Shown here: positions 50,831 through 60,757 of the stretch, in pieces
Layout: every line of letters starts with the position of its first letter
Numbering within the stretch: position 1 is the first letter of the stretch
Origin: an uncultured Acidobacteriota bacterium
GTDB lineage: Bacteria > Acidobacteriota > Thermoanaerobaculia > UBA5066 > DATFVB01
Length of the DNA: 64,000 bases
NCBI GenBank assembly: GCA_963813155.1
Contig: CAWEYG010000002.1
Span: forward strand, 768,001-832,000
Reading direction: 5' to 3'
Notes under the pieces: model-generated
The model's database searches: none
Told to the model about the DNA's origin: nothing
The model's input: only the letters and a program-made list of their open reading frames with translations
Made by a program: the position numbers and the translations under genes

Positions 50831-51541
50831 ATGGAAAATCTGATCAAGCTGCAGGACCTGTTCCTGCGAAAAAAGACGAAGTCGAAGGAGCGCGACACGC
50901 TTCCGCCGGAGCTCGAGGAAGTCGACCGCGACTACCGCCAGAAGCTGTCGGCGATCGATCAGCTCAAGCAGACCCTCGAAGAAGCGGAGCGCTCCCGGCG
51001 AGCGGGCGAAGGCCGCCTCGCGGAGCTGACCGACAAGCAGAAGAAGTACCAGGCGCAACTGATGGCCGTGAAGAACTCGCGCGAATACGGCGCGATGTTG
51101 AACGAGATCGACCAGGTCAAGCGGGCCCTGAAAGAGGCGGAAGACGAAGTCGTCGGTTACATGGAGACGATCGAGTCGTCGCGACAGGAGCTCACGGAAC
51201 GCGAGGGCAAGCTTCCCGGGGAGACCGAAGAGCACGAGCTGACGCTCTCCGGGTGGCGCGAGACCCAGAAGCAGATCGACGCCGAGCTCGCGGCGATCGA
51301 GTCGGAAACCGCCGCGATCGAGAAGACGTTTCCCCCGAAGAAGCTCGCGGAGTTTTTCCGGCTCGTCGAGCGCAAGGGCGGACGCGCGGTCGTCCAGGCG
51401 ATCGGGGGCTCCTGCTCGGCCTGTCACGTCCGCCTGCGGCCGGCGCTCTACCAGGCCCTTCGCCTTTCCGACGAGGTCGTCACCTGCGACTCGTGCAAGC
51501 GCATCCTGTATTACCAGGACAACGCCGCCGTCTCGTCTTGA
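50831..51541 (+). CDS. Coiled-coil C4 zinc-ribbon protein (DUF164 family)
   Basis: VKNSREYGAMLNEI; CSACH...CDSCKRILY. Confidence 0.9.
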   Translation: MENLIKLQDLFLRKKTKSKERDTLPPELEEVDRDYRQKLSAIDQLKQTLEEAERSRRAGEGRLAELTDKQKKYQAQLMAVKNSREYGAMLNEIDQVKRALKEAEDEVVGYMETIESSRQELTEREGKLPGETEEHELTLSGWRETQKQIDAELAAIESETAAIEKTFPPKKLAEFFRLVERKGGRAVVQAIGGSCSACHVRLRPALYQALRLSDEVVTCDSCKRILYYQDNAAVSS

Positions 51542-51545
51542 CGGG

Positions 51546-51606
51546 GTCGCGAGTTGCGCGTCGAGAGTCGCGAGAGTCCTCAGTCTCGTGACTCGCGACT
51601 CGTGAC
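51546..51606. repeat. Heptamer tandem repeats in inverted arrangement
   Basis: 4x GTCGCGA-like units, 12 nt spacer, 3x TCG(C/T)GAC. Confidence 0.7.
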
Positions 51607-51612
51607 CGGATC

Positions 51613-52023
51613 ATGAAACTGACGGCCTTCATCGACGGGGCCGCGCGCGGCAACCCGGGCCCGGCCGGAGCGGGAGCGTTCTTTCCCTCGACCGGCGGCG
51701 AGGACGGCCCCATCGAGCTCTTCGAAGCGCTCGGCCGCGCCACGAACAACGAAGCCGAATACCACGGCCTGCTCCTGGCCCTGCGCGGCGCGCAGGAGCG
51801 GGGCGCGACCGACCTGGCGATTTTCGCGGACTCGCTGCTCCTCGTGGAACAATTGAACGGGCGTTTCCGCGTGAAGGCGGAAAACCTGAAGCCCCTGTTC
51901 TTCGAAGCGCTGCAGCGCGCGAAGTCGTTTCGGTCGTTCACCATTTCGCACGTGCGCCGGGAGAAAAACAAGGACGCCGACCGCCTCGCCAACCGCGGCG
52001 CCGACGCGTCGGAGAGGCGTTGA
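51613..52023 (+). CDS. rnhA: Ribonuclease HI family
   Basis: DGAARGNPG, TNNEAEY, DSLL, HVRREKNKDADRLAN. Confidence 0.92.
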   Translation: MKLTAFIDGAARGNPGPAGAGAFFPSTGGEDGPIELFEALGRATNNEAEYHGLLLALRGAQERGATDLAIFADSLLLVEQLNGRFRVKAENLKPLFFEALQRAKSFRSFTISHVRREKNKDADRLANRGADASERR

Positions 52024-52727
52024 ACGCCGCGGAGCTTTCCGAACGGGCGCGCCGGCTCCGCGGGCGGATCGCCCGGGCCTGCGAAAAGTCGGGCCGCGAC
52101 CCGGGGAGCGTCCGGATGATCGCGGTGACGAAGACTCACCCCGTAGAAACCGTCCGGGCCGCCGTCGCCGCCGGGTTGACCGAATTCGGCGAGAACCGGG
52201 TTCAGGAAGGGGCGTCGAAGATCGAGGCGCTCCGGGGGGAATTTCCAAGCCTTGCGTGGATTCTGATCGGAAGACTCCAGACGAACAAGGCCAAAACGGC
52301 GCTAAAATACTTCCAGGAGATTCAAAGCGTCGATCGGGATTCCCTGTTGGAGAAGATCGCACGCGAGGCGACCGCCCTGGCGACGGTCGTCCCGATTCTC
52401 CTGGAGGTCAACATCGGAGCTCAGGAATCGAAGGGAGGAGTCGAGCCGGACGCGTGCGGGGCGCTGCTCGCGAAGGCGCTGGCCTTCCCCTCGGTGCGGG
52501 TCCGGGGCCTGATGGCGGTGCCGCCTCCGCGCGAGAACCCCGAAGATGCCCGCCCGTCGTTTCGCGAGCTGCGCGGCCTTCGCGATCGCCTCCAGCAGGA
52601 ATCCTCCGCTGCGCTTCCCGAGCTCTCGATGGGGATGAGCCACGACTTCGAAGTCGCGGTCGAAGAGGGCGCCACGCAGGTCCGGATCGGGACGGCGTTG
52701 TTCGGCGAGCGCGGTGCCATTCCATGA
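52020..52727 (+). CDS. yggS: YggS/PLPBP pyridoxal phosphate homeostasis protein
   Basis: AVTKT, FGENRVQE, LSMGMSHDF, GATQVRIGTALFG. Confidence 0.94.
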   Translation: MNAAELSERARRLRGRIARACEKSGRDPGSVRMIAVTKTHPVETVRAAVAAGLTEFGENRVQEGASKIEALRGEFPSLAWILIGRLQTNKAKTALKYFQEIQSVDRDSLLEKIAREATALATVVPILLEVNIGAQESKGGVEPDACGALLAKALAFPSVRVRGLMAVPPPRENPEDARPSFRELRGLRDRLQQESSAALPELSMGMSHDFEVAVEEGATQVRIGTALFGERGAIP

Positions 52728-53014
52728 CGCTGCTCGGAGGCGTCGTCGAGGCGGTCGGAATCCTGCTCACGATGCTGCAATGGCTGATCATCGCGGCCGC
52801 GCTCGTGACGTGGGTCTCTCCCGATCCTCGCAATCCGATCGTGCAGTTCCTGTTCCGTTCGACGGAGTGGATCCTGCGTCCCTGCCGAAAGATCCTGCCG
52901 CCCCGCTGGACGGGAGGAATCGATTTCTCCCCGATCCTCGCCATTCTCCTGATCGTCGTCGTGAAGCAGCTCGTCATCGGGTTGTTGCTCGGAGCCCCGG
53001 TCCGTTTGTTCTAA
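52724..53014 (+). CDS. yggT: YggT family membrane protein
   Basis: WVSPDPRNPIVQFL...GGIDFSPIL. Confidence 0.9.
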   Translation: MTLLGGVVEAVGILLTMLQWLIIAAALVTWVSPDPRNPIVQFLFRSTEWILRPCRKILPPRWTGGIDFSPILAILLIVVVKQLVIGLLLGAPVRLF

Positions 53015-53023
53015 GGAGGCTGT

Positions 53024-53536
53024 ATGAACGCCAAGATCACCGCGGTCGAGATCCAGAAGCGCGATTTTCCGATTGCCCGCAAGGGCTATCCGCCCGAGGC
53101 GGTGCGCGGATTTCTGAATTCCGTGGCCGAAGACTTTCAATCGCTCGTCCGCGAGAATTCCGAGCTCGAGACGCGGCTTCGCCGCCTCGAAGAGGAGAAC
53201 CTCGAGCACCGCGACCGGGAGCGGATCCTCAAGGAGACGCTTCTTTCCGCGCAGCGGATTTCCGAAGAGATGAAGTCCAATGCCCGCCGCGAGGCGGAAA
53301 TCGTCCTGCGCCAGGCCGAGATGGCCGGCCAGCAGCTGACGACCGAAGCGCTGCAGCAGTCGGCGAAGGTCGAAAGAGCGATCCGCGACCTGAAACTCCA
53401 GCGGGCGAACTTCCGCCTCAAGCTGAAGTCCATGCTCGAGATGTTCCAGACCGTCCTGGATTTCGACGAGGAAGAGGACGAGAAGACGTCCTCGGTCTCG
53501 TACCTCGTGCGGCCGCAGGACACGAATGCCGGGTAG
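53024..53536 (+). CDS. divIVA: DivIVA domain protein
   Basis: ITAVEIQKRDF...KGY...V..FL plus coiled coil. Confidence 0.88.
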   Translation: MNAKITAVEIQKRDFPIARKGYPPEAVRGFLNSVAEDFQSLVRENSELETRLRRLEEENLEHRDRERILKETLLSAQRISEEMKSNARREAEIVLRQAEMAGQQLTTEALQQSAKVERAIRDLKLQRANFRLKLKSMLEMFQTVLDFDEEEDEKTSSVSYLVRPQDTNAG

Positions 53537-54797
53537 TCCCGGAATTCAAACCCCCCGTTCGCTCGAAATCCGGAACCTCGCCTCCCTCGCGACGCCGCGG
53601 GGCGATCGCGCCCGATCCGGAAGAGCTCAGGGGGAGATCTTCGTCCTGTCCAACGCCGCGGTGCGCTGCGAGGAAGGGCGAATCGCGTTCGTCGGAACGG
53701 AGAGCGAGTTGTCCGCCGGCCGGTTTCCGAAGGCGGAAGTCGAGATCGACGGCGCCGGCAAGACCCTCCTTCCCGGTTTCGTGGACGCGCACACCCATCC
53801 CGTCTGGGCGGGCGACCGCGCGTCCGAGTTCGCGCGCCGTCTCGCGGGCGAGTCGTACGAGGCCGTCGCGGCGTCCGGCGGGGGGATCGCGGCGACCGTC
53901 GCCGCGACGCGACGCGCCAGCCGAAGCGAGCTCTCGGCGCTCGCGCTTTCCCGGCTCGCGCGAATGGCGCAGAGCGGGACGACGACGGCCGAGTGCAAGT
54001 CGGGCTACGCGCTCGACGCCGACGGAGAGATCGGCGCCCTCGAGCTGCTCCGGGACCTCCGGCCCGATTCGCCGGTCCGGATCGTCCCGACGCTCCTCGC
54101 CGCGCACGAAATTCCGCCGGAATACCGGTCGAACCGCCGCGAATGGGTCCGCCGGATCGTCGAGGAGATCGTTCCCCGCGCCGCGAAGGGGCGTCTCGCG
54201 GAATTCTGCGACGTCTTTTGCGAAGACGGCTATTTCACCGTCGAGGAATCCCGCGAGATTCTCTCCGCCGCGGCGCTCGCCGGCCTCGCGCTCCGGATCC
54301 ATGCGGACGAGCTCGCGCTCTCGGGCGGGGCTCGTCTCGCGGCGGAGCTATCGGCCGCGTCGGCCGACCACCTCCTCTTCATTGGCGAACCGGAGATCGC
54401 CGCGCTCCGGACCTCCGGCACCGTCGCGACGCTCCTTCCCGGGACCGCGTGGTGGTTGCGCTCGCGCCGGGCTCCGGCGCGGGCGCTCCTCGAAGCGGGA
54501 GTTCCGGTCGCCGTCGCGACCGACGCGAATCCCGGCTCGTGCAACACCGAATCGCTGCCGGCCGTGGCTGCCCACGCGTGCCTCGATTACGGGATGACGG
54601 TCGAGGAGACGCTGACGGCGATCACCCTCAACGGGGCGGCGTCGCTGAAGAAGGCGGCCGACCGCGGCTCGATCGAGGTCGGAAAATCCGCCGACCTGGC
54701 GTTGATCGACGCTCCCGACTACCGCCACCTCATTTATCATTGGGGCATCTCCCTGGTTACGCACACGGTCGTGAAAGGAAGCGTCCATGAGTTTTGA
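53526..54797 (+). CDS. hutI: Imidazolonepropionase
   Basis: PGFVDAHTH, GGGIAATV, ECKSGY, DVFCE, HADEL, SADHL, ATDANPGS. Confidence 0.94.
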   Translation: MPGSPGIQTPRSLEIRNLASLATPRGDRARSGRAQGEIFVLSNAAVRCEEGRIAFVGTESELSAGRFPKAEVEIDGAGKTLLPGFVDAHTHPVWAGDRASEFARRLAGESYEAVAASGGGIAATVAATRRASRSELSALALSRLARMAQSGTTTAECKSGYALDADGEIGALELLRDLRPDSPVRIVPTLLAAHEIPPEYRSNRREWVRRIVEEIVPRAAKGRLAEFCDVFCEDGYFTVEESREILSAAALAGLALRIHADELALSGGARLAAELSAASADHLLFIGEPEIAALRTSGTVATLLPGTAWWLRSRRAPARALLEAGVPVAVATDANPGSCNTESLPAVAAHACLDYGMTVEETLTAITLNGAASLKKAADRGSIEVGKSADLALIDAPDYRHLIYHWGISLVTHTVVKGSVHEF

Positions 54798-55419
54798 ACG
54801 GCAGTCGATCGCCGACTTCTGCGCGGCGCTCGCGTCCTCCGACCCGACTCCCGGCGGCGGAACGGCGTCGGCGGCGGCGGGCGCTGTCGGGGCGTCGCTC
54901 GTCTCGATGGTGATCGCGCTCACGCTCTCGAAGGAGAAGTACCGCGCGGCCGAGCCGGATCTGGCCCCGATCGCCGCCGAGGCGGAGGCCGCCGGAAAGA
55001 GGCTGCGCGCGCTCATGCAGGAGGACGCCGACGCCTACGACGGAATGGTCGCGGCGCGAAAGCTTCCGAAGGAGACCGACGAGGAAAAAGAGACGAGAAG
55101 GCAGGCGATGGCGGCCGCGGCTCGGCGCGCGACCGAGGTGCCGATGGAGACCGCCCGGGTCGCGGCGGGAGTCCTCTCCCGGGTGCCGCTCGTCGCGGAG
55201 AAGGGCAACCCGAACGCCTCCTCGGACGCGGGCGTCGCGGCGCTGCTCCTCTCGGCGGCGGCCGAAGGCGCGTTGCTGAACGTCGGCATCAACCTGACTT
55301 CGATCGACGACGCGGCGTTCGTCGGCGAGATGGAGAAGGAAACCGCCCGAATTCAAAGCGACGTCGAGAGGTGGAGCGCGCAGGTCATCGCGCTCGTCCG
55401 GAAGTCGTTCAAGAAGTGA
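54787..55419 (+). CDS. Formiminotetrahydrofolate cyclodeaminase/cyclohydrolase family
   Basis: LASSDPTPGGGTASA, GNPNASSD, LNVGINL. Confidence 0.9.
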   Translation: MSFERQSIADFCAALASSDPTPGGGTASAAAGAVGASLVSMVIALTLSKEKYRAAEPDLAPIAAEAEAAGKRLRALMQEDADAYDGMVAARKLPKETDEEKETRRQAMAAAARRATEVPMETARVAAGVLSRVPLVAEKGNPNASSDAGVAALLLSAAAEGALLNVGINLTSIDDAAFVGEMEKETARIQSDVERWSAQVIALVRKSFKK

Positions 55420-55432
55420 GGAACGCTCCGGT

Positions 55433-55624
55433 CTAGCCGCCGCTCCCCTTCCCCGACTTCTCCAGCTCCTCGCGCGCCTTCTCGACCGTCGAGCGGGCCT
55501 TGCGCATCGCGTCGATCGAGAGGAGGCGGCTCTTTTCGAACGCCGTACGGCCCAGCGCGAACAGCGATTCGCCGAGCAGCCTCAACTCTTCCGCCACCGT
55601 TTCTTTTTTTCCCGGGTCTTCCAT
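55433..55624 (-). CDS. Small helical hypothetical protein (63 aa)
   Basis: MEDPGKKETVAEELRLLG...; GGAGG SD. Confidence 0.6.
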   Translation of the reverse strand: MEDPGKKETVAEELRLLGESLFALGRTAFEKSRLLSIDAMRKARSTVEKAREELEKSGKGSGG

Positions 55625-55638
55625 GACGACCTCCGGAC

Positions 55639-56466
55639 TCAGAACGATTTCTTTTCGCGCTTCGAGAAGAACGTCGCCGGAAAAGCGCGCTGAAAGTAGT
55701 CGAACACCGCGGTCACCTGCCGGTTGTCGCCGTTTTCCCACCCGGTGTCGCGGAAGGACCATTCGTCTCCCGAATACGTCCGGAAGCTGAGCTCGAGGCA
55801 GAGATTCTCGCCCGCGCGGGGCGCGCAGTTCATCCACATCTCCTTGATGTTTTTTTCCGTCATCGAAAAATTGTCGTCTTCGTTGGTCATCTGATACCAG
55901 TTGACCCTCTCGCCGTCGATCACGAGCTTGCCGACCGCCTTGTTCTTCGAGCCGCCGACCCCGAGGATTCCGCGCCTCTGCCGCACGAGCCCGTCGAACT
56001 CGGCGTGCCGGGCGACCGGTTGCGTCGAAACCGCCGCGACGGACGCGGCCCCGCCCGGGCCGGAATGCAACATCGCGTCGATGAGGGGTTCGGAGAGCCC
56101 GGCCTGTCGCAGGGCGATCAGGTCGTCGATCGAGAGGCGGTAGTTTCCGTTCTCGTTGCGCACCTTGTTCAACAGAAAGTCCTCGCTGTAGCCGGCGTCT
56201 TTCAGGCGCAGGATCTCCCGCGCGGCCGGAGAGAGCGGGGAGACGGCGGTGCCTGCCGGGGGAGACACGGCCGTCGCGGTGTCGATGGCCGCCGGCTGCG
56301 CGCCGGGAGCGCCCGACTCCGGGGTGACCGGAATCGCGGGCGGCGGGACCGGCGCCGGCGCGGCCGACGGCGGAGGGAGCGGCGGCGGGGCCGCGTAGCG
56401 GTGCGACGAAGAGCACCCGAGGAAAAGCAGCGTCGCGCCGACGACAGAGAGGGATCGCAGTTTCAT
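55639..56466 (-). CDS. Hypothetical lipoprotein
   Basis: Lipobox FLGC, Pro-rich linker, L.xAG.S helical repeat, C-terminal beta domain. Confidence 0.75.
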   Translation of the reverse strand: MKLRSLSVVGATLLFLGCSSSHRYAAPPPLPPPSAAPAPVPPPAIPVTPESGAPGAQPAAIDTATAVSPPAGTAVSPLSPAAREILRLKDAGYSEDFLLNKVRNENGNYRLSIDDLIALRQAGLSEPLIDAMLHSGPGGAASVAAVSTQPVARHAEFDGLVRQRRGILGVGGSKNKAVGKLVIDGERVNWYQMTNEDDNFSMTEKNIKEMWMNCAPRAGENLCLELSFRTYSGDEWSFRDTGWENGDNRQVTAVFDYFQRAFPATFFSKREKKSF

Positions 56467-56487
56467 TTTTCGCTCCTGAGCCGGATT

Positions 56488-57051
56488 TTACACCCGGCTG
56501 TCCCAAAGCAAATCGGGGCTGCCGCGGCGATGGTTTTCGTATCTCGCCATCACGAACAGGGCGTCGGAAAGGCGATTGAGGTACGGGAGGACGAAGGGCC
56601 CGACCGCTTCCGAGCGGGAGAGACGCAGCGTCGCTCTCTCCGCGCGCCGGCAGACGGTTCGCGCGACGTGCAGGGCGGCGGCGCCCGGGCTCCCTCCCGG
56701 AAGGATGAAGTTCTCGAGCGGCGAAAGATCGGCCGACATCTCGTCCATGAGCTTCTCGAGCGCCGAAACGTGGCGCGATTCGATCTTCGGAGCCGGCAGC
56801 CGGGCCTTGTCTTCCTCGAGGAAGCACAGGTCGGAACCGAGATGGAAGAGCTCGTTCTGGATCGCCGCGAGCGCGGCCGAGAGCTTCGGGTCGAGGCCCG
56901 CCGAACGGGCCGCGCCGATCAGCGAATTGAGCTCGTCGACCGTTCCGAACGCCTCGATCCGGGCCGAATCCTTCGGGACGCGCTGGCCCCCGCCGAGTCC
57001 CGTCGTCCCGTCGTCGCCGGTTCGCGTGTAGACCTTCGTGATGCGGGGCAT
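56488..57051 (-). CDS. pduO: PduO-type cob(I)alamin adenosyltransferase
   Basis: [36 protein letters not shown]. Confidence 0.94.
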   Translation of the reverse strand: MPRITKVYTRTGDDGTTGLGGGQRVPKDSARIEAFGTVDELNSLIGAARSAGLDPKLSAALAAIQNELFHLGSDLCFLEEDKARLPAPKIESRHVSALEKLMDEMSADLSPLENFILPGGSPGAAALHVARTVCRRAERATLRLSRSEAVGPFVLPYLNRLSDALFVMARYENHRRGSPDLLWDSRV

Positions 57052-57072
57052 GAGCCGCAGTCTAATTCATGG

Positions 57073-58927
57073 TCAGAACGCCGCGATCAATCCGCCCCAG
57101 ACTCTGCGCCTCCGGGCCGGAAAGCCGCTCGCCTCTTCGTAGCGGCGATCGCCCGCGTTCTCGACGGTCACGAAACGGCGAGAAACTCCCGAGCCGGTAC
57201 TCCGCGTGAAAATCGACGCGAACGTAGGAGGGGTCCTCGTCCGGCCCGAAAGGGAATACGGACTGAAAGTCCGGCCGGCGGCCCACGTAGATCATCGACG
57301 CCGATGCCAGCCAGGGACCACCGCTCCAGGACAGATCGAGAGCGCCGCGGTGGCGCGGACGGCGCACGAGCGGTTCTCCCGTGGTCTCGTCGATGGCGCG
57401 AAGGTAGGTGTAGGAAATCCGCCCGCGAAGGGGCCCCGCGATCGGAGCGGCGGCCGACGCCTCGACTCCTTCCGTCCGAGCCCGGCCGACGTTTCCGTTG
57501 GTCTGGCGAACGGGGTCGTACTGGATCAGGTCGCGAATGTCGTTGCGGAAGACGGCGACGTCGATTCGCGTCGGGCCGGCGGCGCGAGTCGCGCCGATCT
57601 CGTAACTCTTCGACCGCTCGGGGTCGAGATTCGGGTTGCCGAAGAAGGGGTAGTACAGCTCTCCGATCGACGGCGCGCGGAATGCCGTTCCGAACGAGGC
57701 CCGAACCGATGTGCTCGGATCGAGGCTCGCGACGAGCGAAACGCGGGGATTCGTCGAGGAGCCGAACACCGAGTGCCGGTCGAAGCGGATACCGGCCACG
57801 GCCCGCAGGCGGCCCCCGAAGAGAGCGAGCGAGTCTTCCGCCCCGATACCCCAGATCGCGGTCCTTCGATCGGAAATGACGGGCCCGAAGGCGCCGGAAG
57901 AGTCGACGGTCGACCGCTCGTAGGACGCCGTCCCCGACAGCGAGTTCGTCTCCGAGGACTTCCAGGTGTCGACGACGCGCGCGCCCTGGATTCGAGAATG
58001 CGTTTCGCTCTGGAAGAACCCGGAAGTGTCATCCGGGTCGACCGCCGTGGGGCGCAGCTCGACGTCCGAAAGCGAACCGAACAGCGAGTTGTCGGGGGAA
58101 GTCGCGGCGTGGATCGGAAGCGTCCAGGCGGTCTGGGCGAAATCGGTGAAACGGCGGGGCGTGGGCGAGCCGGAGTCGGAGGGAATTTCGCTGCGCGCGA
58201 ACATCCTTTCCACCTGGAGACCTGCCCGGACCCCGGGGGAAATCGCCCAGTCGAGCGCCGCGGAGCCGTTGCGGTCGCGCCATCCGTCGTTGTCGACCCG
58301 CGTCCCGGCGACCGTCTGCGGCTCGCCGTCATCACGGGCGTCGCGCCCGGAAATCGAAAACCCGAGAGGACCCGAGCCCGCGGTCGCGAAGAGCGTCTCG
58401 TCGTGGAACCCGCGGTTTCCCGCTGCGGCGGTCACGCGCCCCGCGGGCTGGGCGGACGGCGCCCGGCGAAGGATGGAGATGACTCCCCCGATCGCGTCGG
58501 AGCCGTAAAGGGCGGAGTAGGGCCCGCGAACGATCTCGATTCGTTCCACGTTCTGCGTCGAAAGCGCGGAAAAGTCGTAGCCGGAGAAATACGGGCTGTT
58601 GACCCGCACGCCGTCGATCAGCACGAGCGTCTGCGTCGAGTTCGTTCCGCGCAGAAAGACGCTCGTCACCTTCCCCGCGTCCCCGCTCTGGACCACGTCG
58701 ACGCCGGGAACGTCCCGAAGGAGCTCCAGGAGATCGGTCTTCCCGCTTTTCTCGATCTGGTCGCGGGTGATGACGGTGACGGAAGCGGAGAGGTTCGGAT
58801 CCGTCTCCGAAGAGAACGAGTCCGAAACGACGACGTTCTCGGCTACCGGGGGAATTCCCTGCGCGCCGGCGCGCACTGCCAGGCAGAGAATGGCAAAAAA
58901 CCGTGCAAAACGAAGAGTGGTGTCCAT
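57073..58927 (-). CDS. btuB: TonB-dependent receptor, BtuB-like; +1 indel near 57170
   Basis: Plug domain LRGTNSTQTLVLIDG, ERIEIVRGPYSALYGSDAIGG. Correction gives the C-terminus ...VWGGLIAAF; follows a B12 riboswitch. Confidence 0.85.
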
Positions 58928-58964
58928 CGAAGCCTCCCGCTCGACGAAACATCGCAACTTCTCT

Positions 58965-59150
58965 TCGGCAGGTCTCCTGACTTCCGGATCGGCCGCATCG
59001 CGCCCCTTCCCAAACGTGGAACTTGCATCCCGGCGTTCAGTGGATCTGGCGCTTGCGTCCCCGGTTACAGTGGCGGGAGCCGTGCGGGTTTTTCACCCGC
59101 TTCCCTTTTCACCCTCCCCCGGGGATTCGGGGGCAGGGCACCGAAGAATT
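58965..59150 (-). ncRNA. Cobalamin (AdoCbl) riboswitch
   Basis: GGTGC...AAAAGGGAAGCGGGTGAAAAACCCGCACGGCTCCCGCCACTGTAAC...CCACTG...GGGAAGG...AAGTCAGGAGACCTGCC B12 box. Confidence 0.95.
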
Positions 59151-59176
59151 CAAAGATCGCGAAGACGGGAAGGCTA

Positions 59177-60649
59177 TCACACGACAACGTGCAATCCGGC
59201 CCGCGAAGTCTTCGGGGCCGGGTCGTACGCGCGCCAGGCCCGGGCGAGCCGCCGGACGCCGTCGCGGATCTGCTGCGGCTCGAGGCAGAACGGAAGGCGG
59301 AGATATTCCGAGCAGCCTCCCGTCGGCGAGCAGGTCGAGCCTGGAAGAATCGCGACGCCGTGGCGCAGCGCGATCGGCGCGAACTCGTCCGCGTCCCCGT
59401 GCGGAAGCCGGACCCAGATCGACAGGCCCCCGAGCGGTTTCTTCCACGTCCAGCCGGGCAGCTGCGCGGCGAGCTCCGACGCGAGAAGCTCGAAGCGCTC
59501 CTCGATCTGCTCGCGGCGGCGTTCCCGGATCGTCCGGGCCCGGCGCAGGAGCCGGACGGCGACCGCCTGCGAGATCGCCGAATTGCCGAGATCGCCCATC
59601 ACCTTCAGGTTCGACAGCGGGGCGAGCAGGGGCTCCGGAGCCCGGAGCCAGCCGACGCGCAATCCGCCCCAGATCAGTTTCGATAAGGACCCCACCGAGA
59701 TCACGCGGCCGCTCCGGGAAAACGCGGCGATCGGGGGAGGCGGTCTCCTTCCGAACGAGAGGTCCTCCAGGGTTCCGTCCTCGAGGATCGTCGTGCCGTG
59801 CTGATCCGCGATTCGCGCGATCTCGCGCCGGGCGTCCGGGGAAAGGACCGTTCCCACCGGGTTCTGGAACGTCGGCATCAGGTACAGGAGCCGCGGGGAG
59901 TCGCGCGCGAGGACCTCCGAAAGCCGGTCGATCCGCACACCCTCGTCTCCGACCGGGATCGGAATCAGCCTCGCGCCCGCGGAGGTGAACACGTCGATCG
60001 CGCCGAGGTAGGTCGGATCTTCGAGCGCGGCGCAGTCTCCGGAGCGCAGAAGAACGGCGGCCGCGAGGCCGATCGCCTGCTGGGCCCCGTGGGTGACGAG
60101 AATTTCGTCCGCTTTCGTCGGCAGGCCCGAGTCGGAGATGTGGGCGGCGATCGCCTCGCGAAGGGCCGGAAGTCCGAGCCCCGTATAGCCGTGGTGCCGC
60201 AGCAACGATTTCAGATCCCGCGCCGCTTCCTGGAACGCTTCTTCGAAGTCCGGGGAAATCGCGGGGAGATGCAGACCGAGGAACGAAATCGTCGAAGGGT
60301 TCGACTCGATCAGCCCGCGGAACGCCGTGTTGCGCCGGCTCGAAGCGGGAGAGCCCGAAGACGGCGCGGGGCCGGGCGACGCCGAGCGGCAAACGCGGGT
60401 TCCGCTTCCCTGAACGCTCTCGATCCATCCGTCGGCGCGGAGACTCTCGTACGCCCCCACGACGGTCGTCCTCGAAATGGAGAGGGCATCGGCGAGCTTG
60501 CGTTCGGCGGGAATGGTCGCGCCGACCGGAAGGCTACCCGACGAAACCTCCTCGCGGATCGCTTCCGCGAGCTTTCGGTACGCCGGGCCCGACCGAGACT
60601 GCCAGCTCCCGAGCCGGGACACGAATTCCCAAAGGTCGCCGTGCGCCAT
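59177..60649 (-). CDS. MocR/GabR family GntR-PLP regulator
   Basis: PAERKLADALSISRTTVVGAY HTH; FQNPVG, GSLSKLIWGGLRVGW. Confidence 0.93.
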   Translation of the reverse strand: MAHGDLWEFVSRLGSWQSRSGPAYRKLAEAIREEVSSGSLPVGATIPAERKLADALSISRTTVVGAYESLRADGWIESVQGSGTRVCRSASPGPAPSSGSPASSRRNTAFRGLIESNPSTISFLGLHLPAISPDFEEAFQEAARDLKSLLRHHGYTGLGLPALREAIAAHISDSGLPTKADEILVTHGAQQAIGLAAAVLLRSGDCAALEDPTYLGAIDVFTSAGARLIPIPVGDEGVRIDRLSEVLARDSPRLLYLMPTFQNPVGTVLSPDARREIARIADQHGTTILEDGTLEDLSFGRRPPPPIAAFSRSGRVISVGSLSKLIWGGLRVGWLRAPEPLLAPLSNLKVMGDLGNSAISQAVAVRLLRRARTIRERRREQIEERFELLASELAAQLPGWTWKKPLGGLSIWVRLPHGDADEFAPIALRHGVAILPGSTCSPTGGCSEYLRLPFCLEPQQIRDGVRRLARAWRAYDPAPKTSRAGLHVVV

Positions 60650-60653
60650 CGAG

Positions 60654-60743
60654 GTCCAATGATACACAATTGGCACTTGCAATGGTATTCAATATTGGGA
60701 GAATAGCGGCAATGCGCGCGTATATTGGCTCTATTGGACTCTA
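60654..60743. promoter_or_regulatory. Putative MocR operator (ATTGG repeats)
   Basis: GTCCAAT...ATTGGCAC inverted pair, then ATTGGGA and TATTGGCTCTATTGGACTC direct repeats. Confidence 0.6.
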
Positions 60744-60757
60744 AGTGGAGGTGACGG

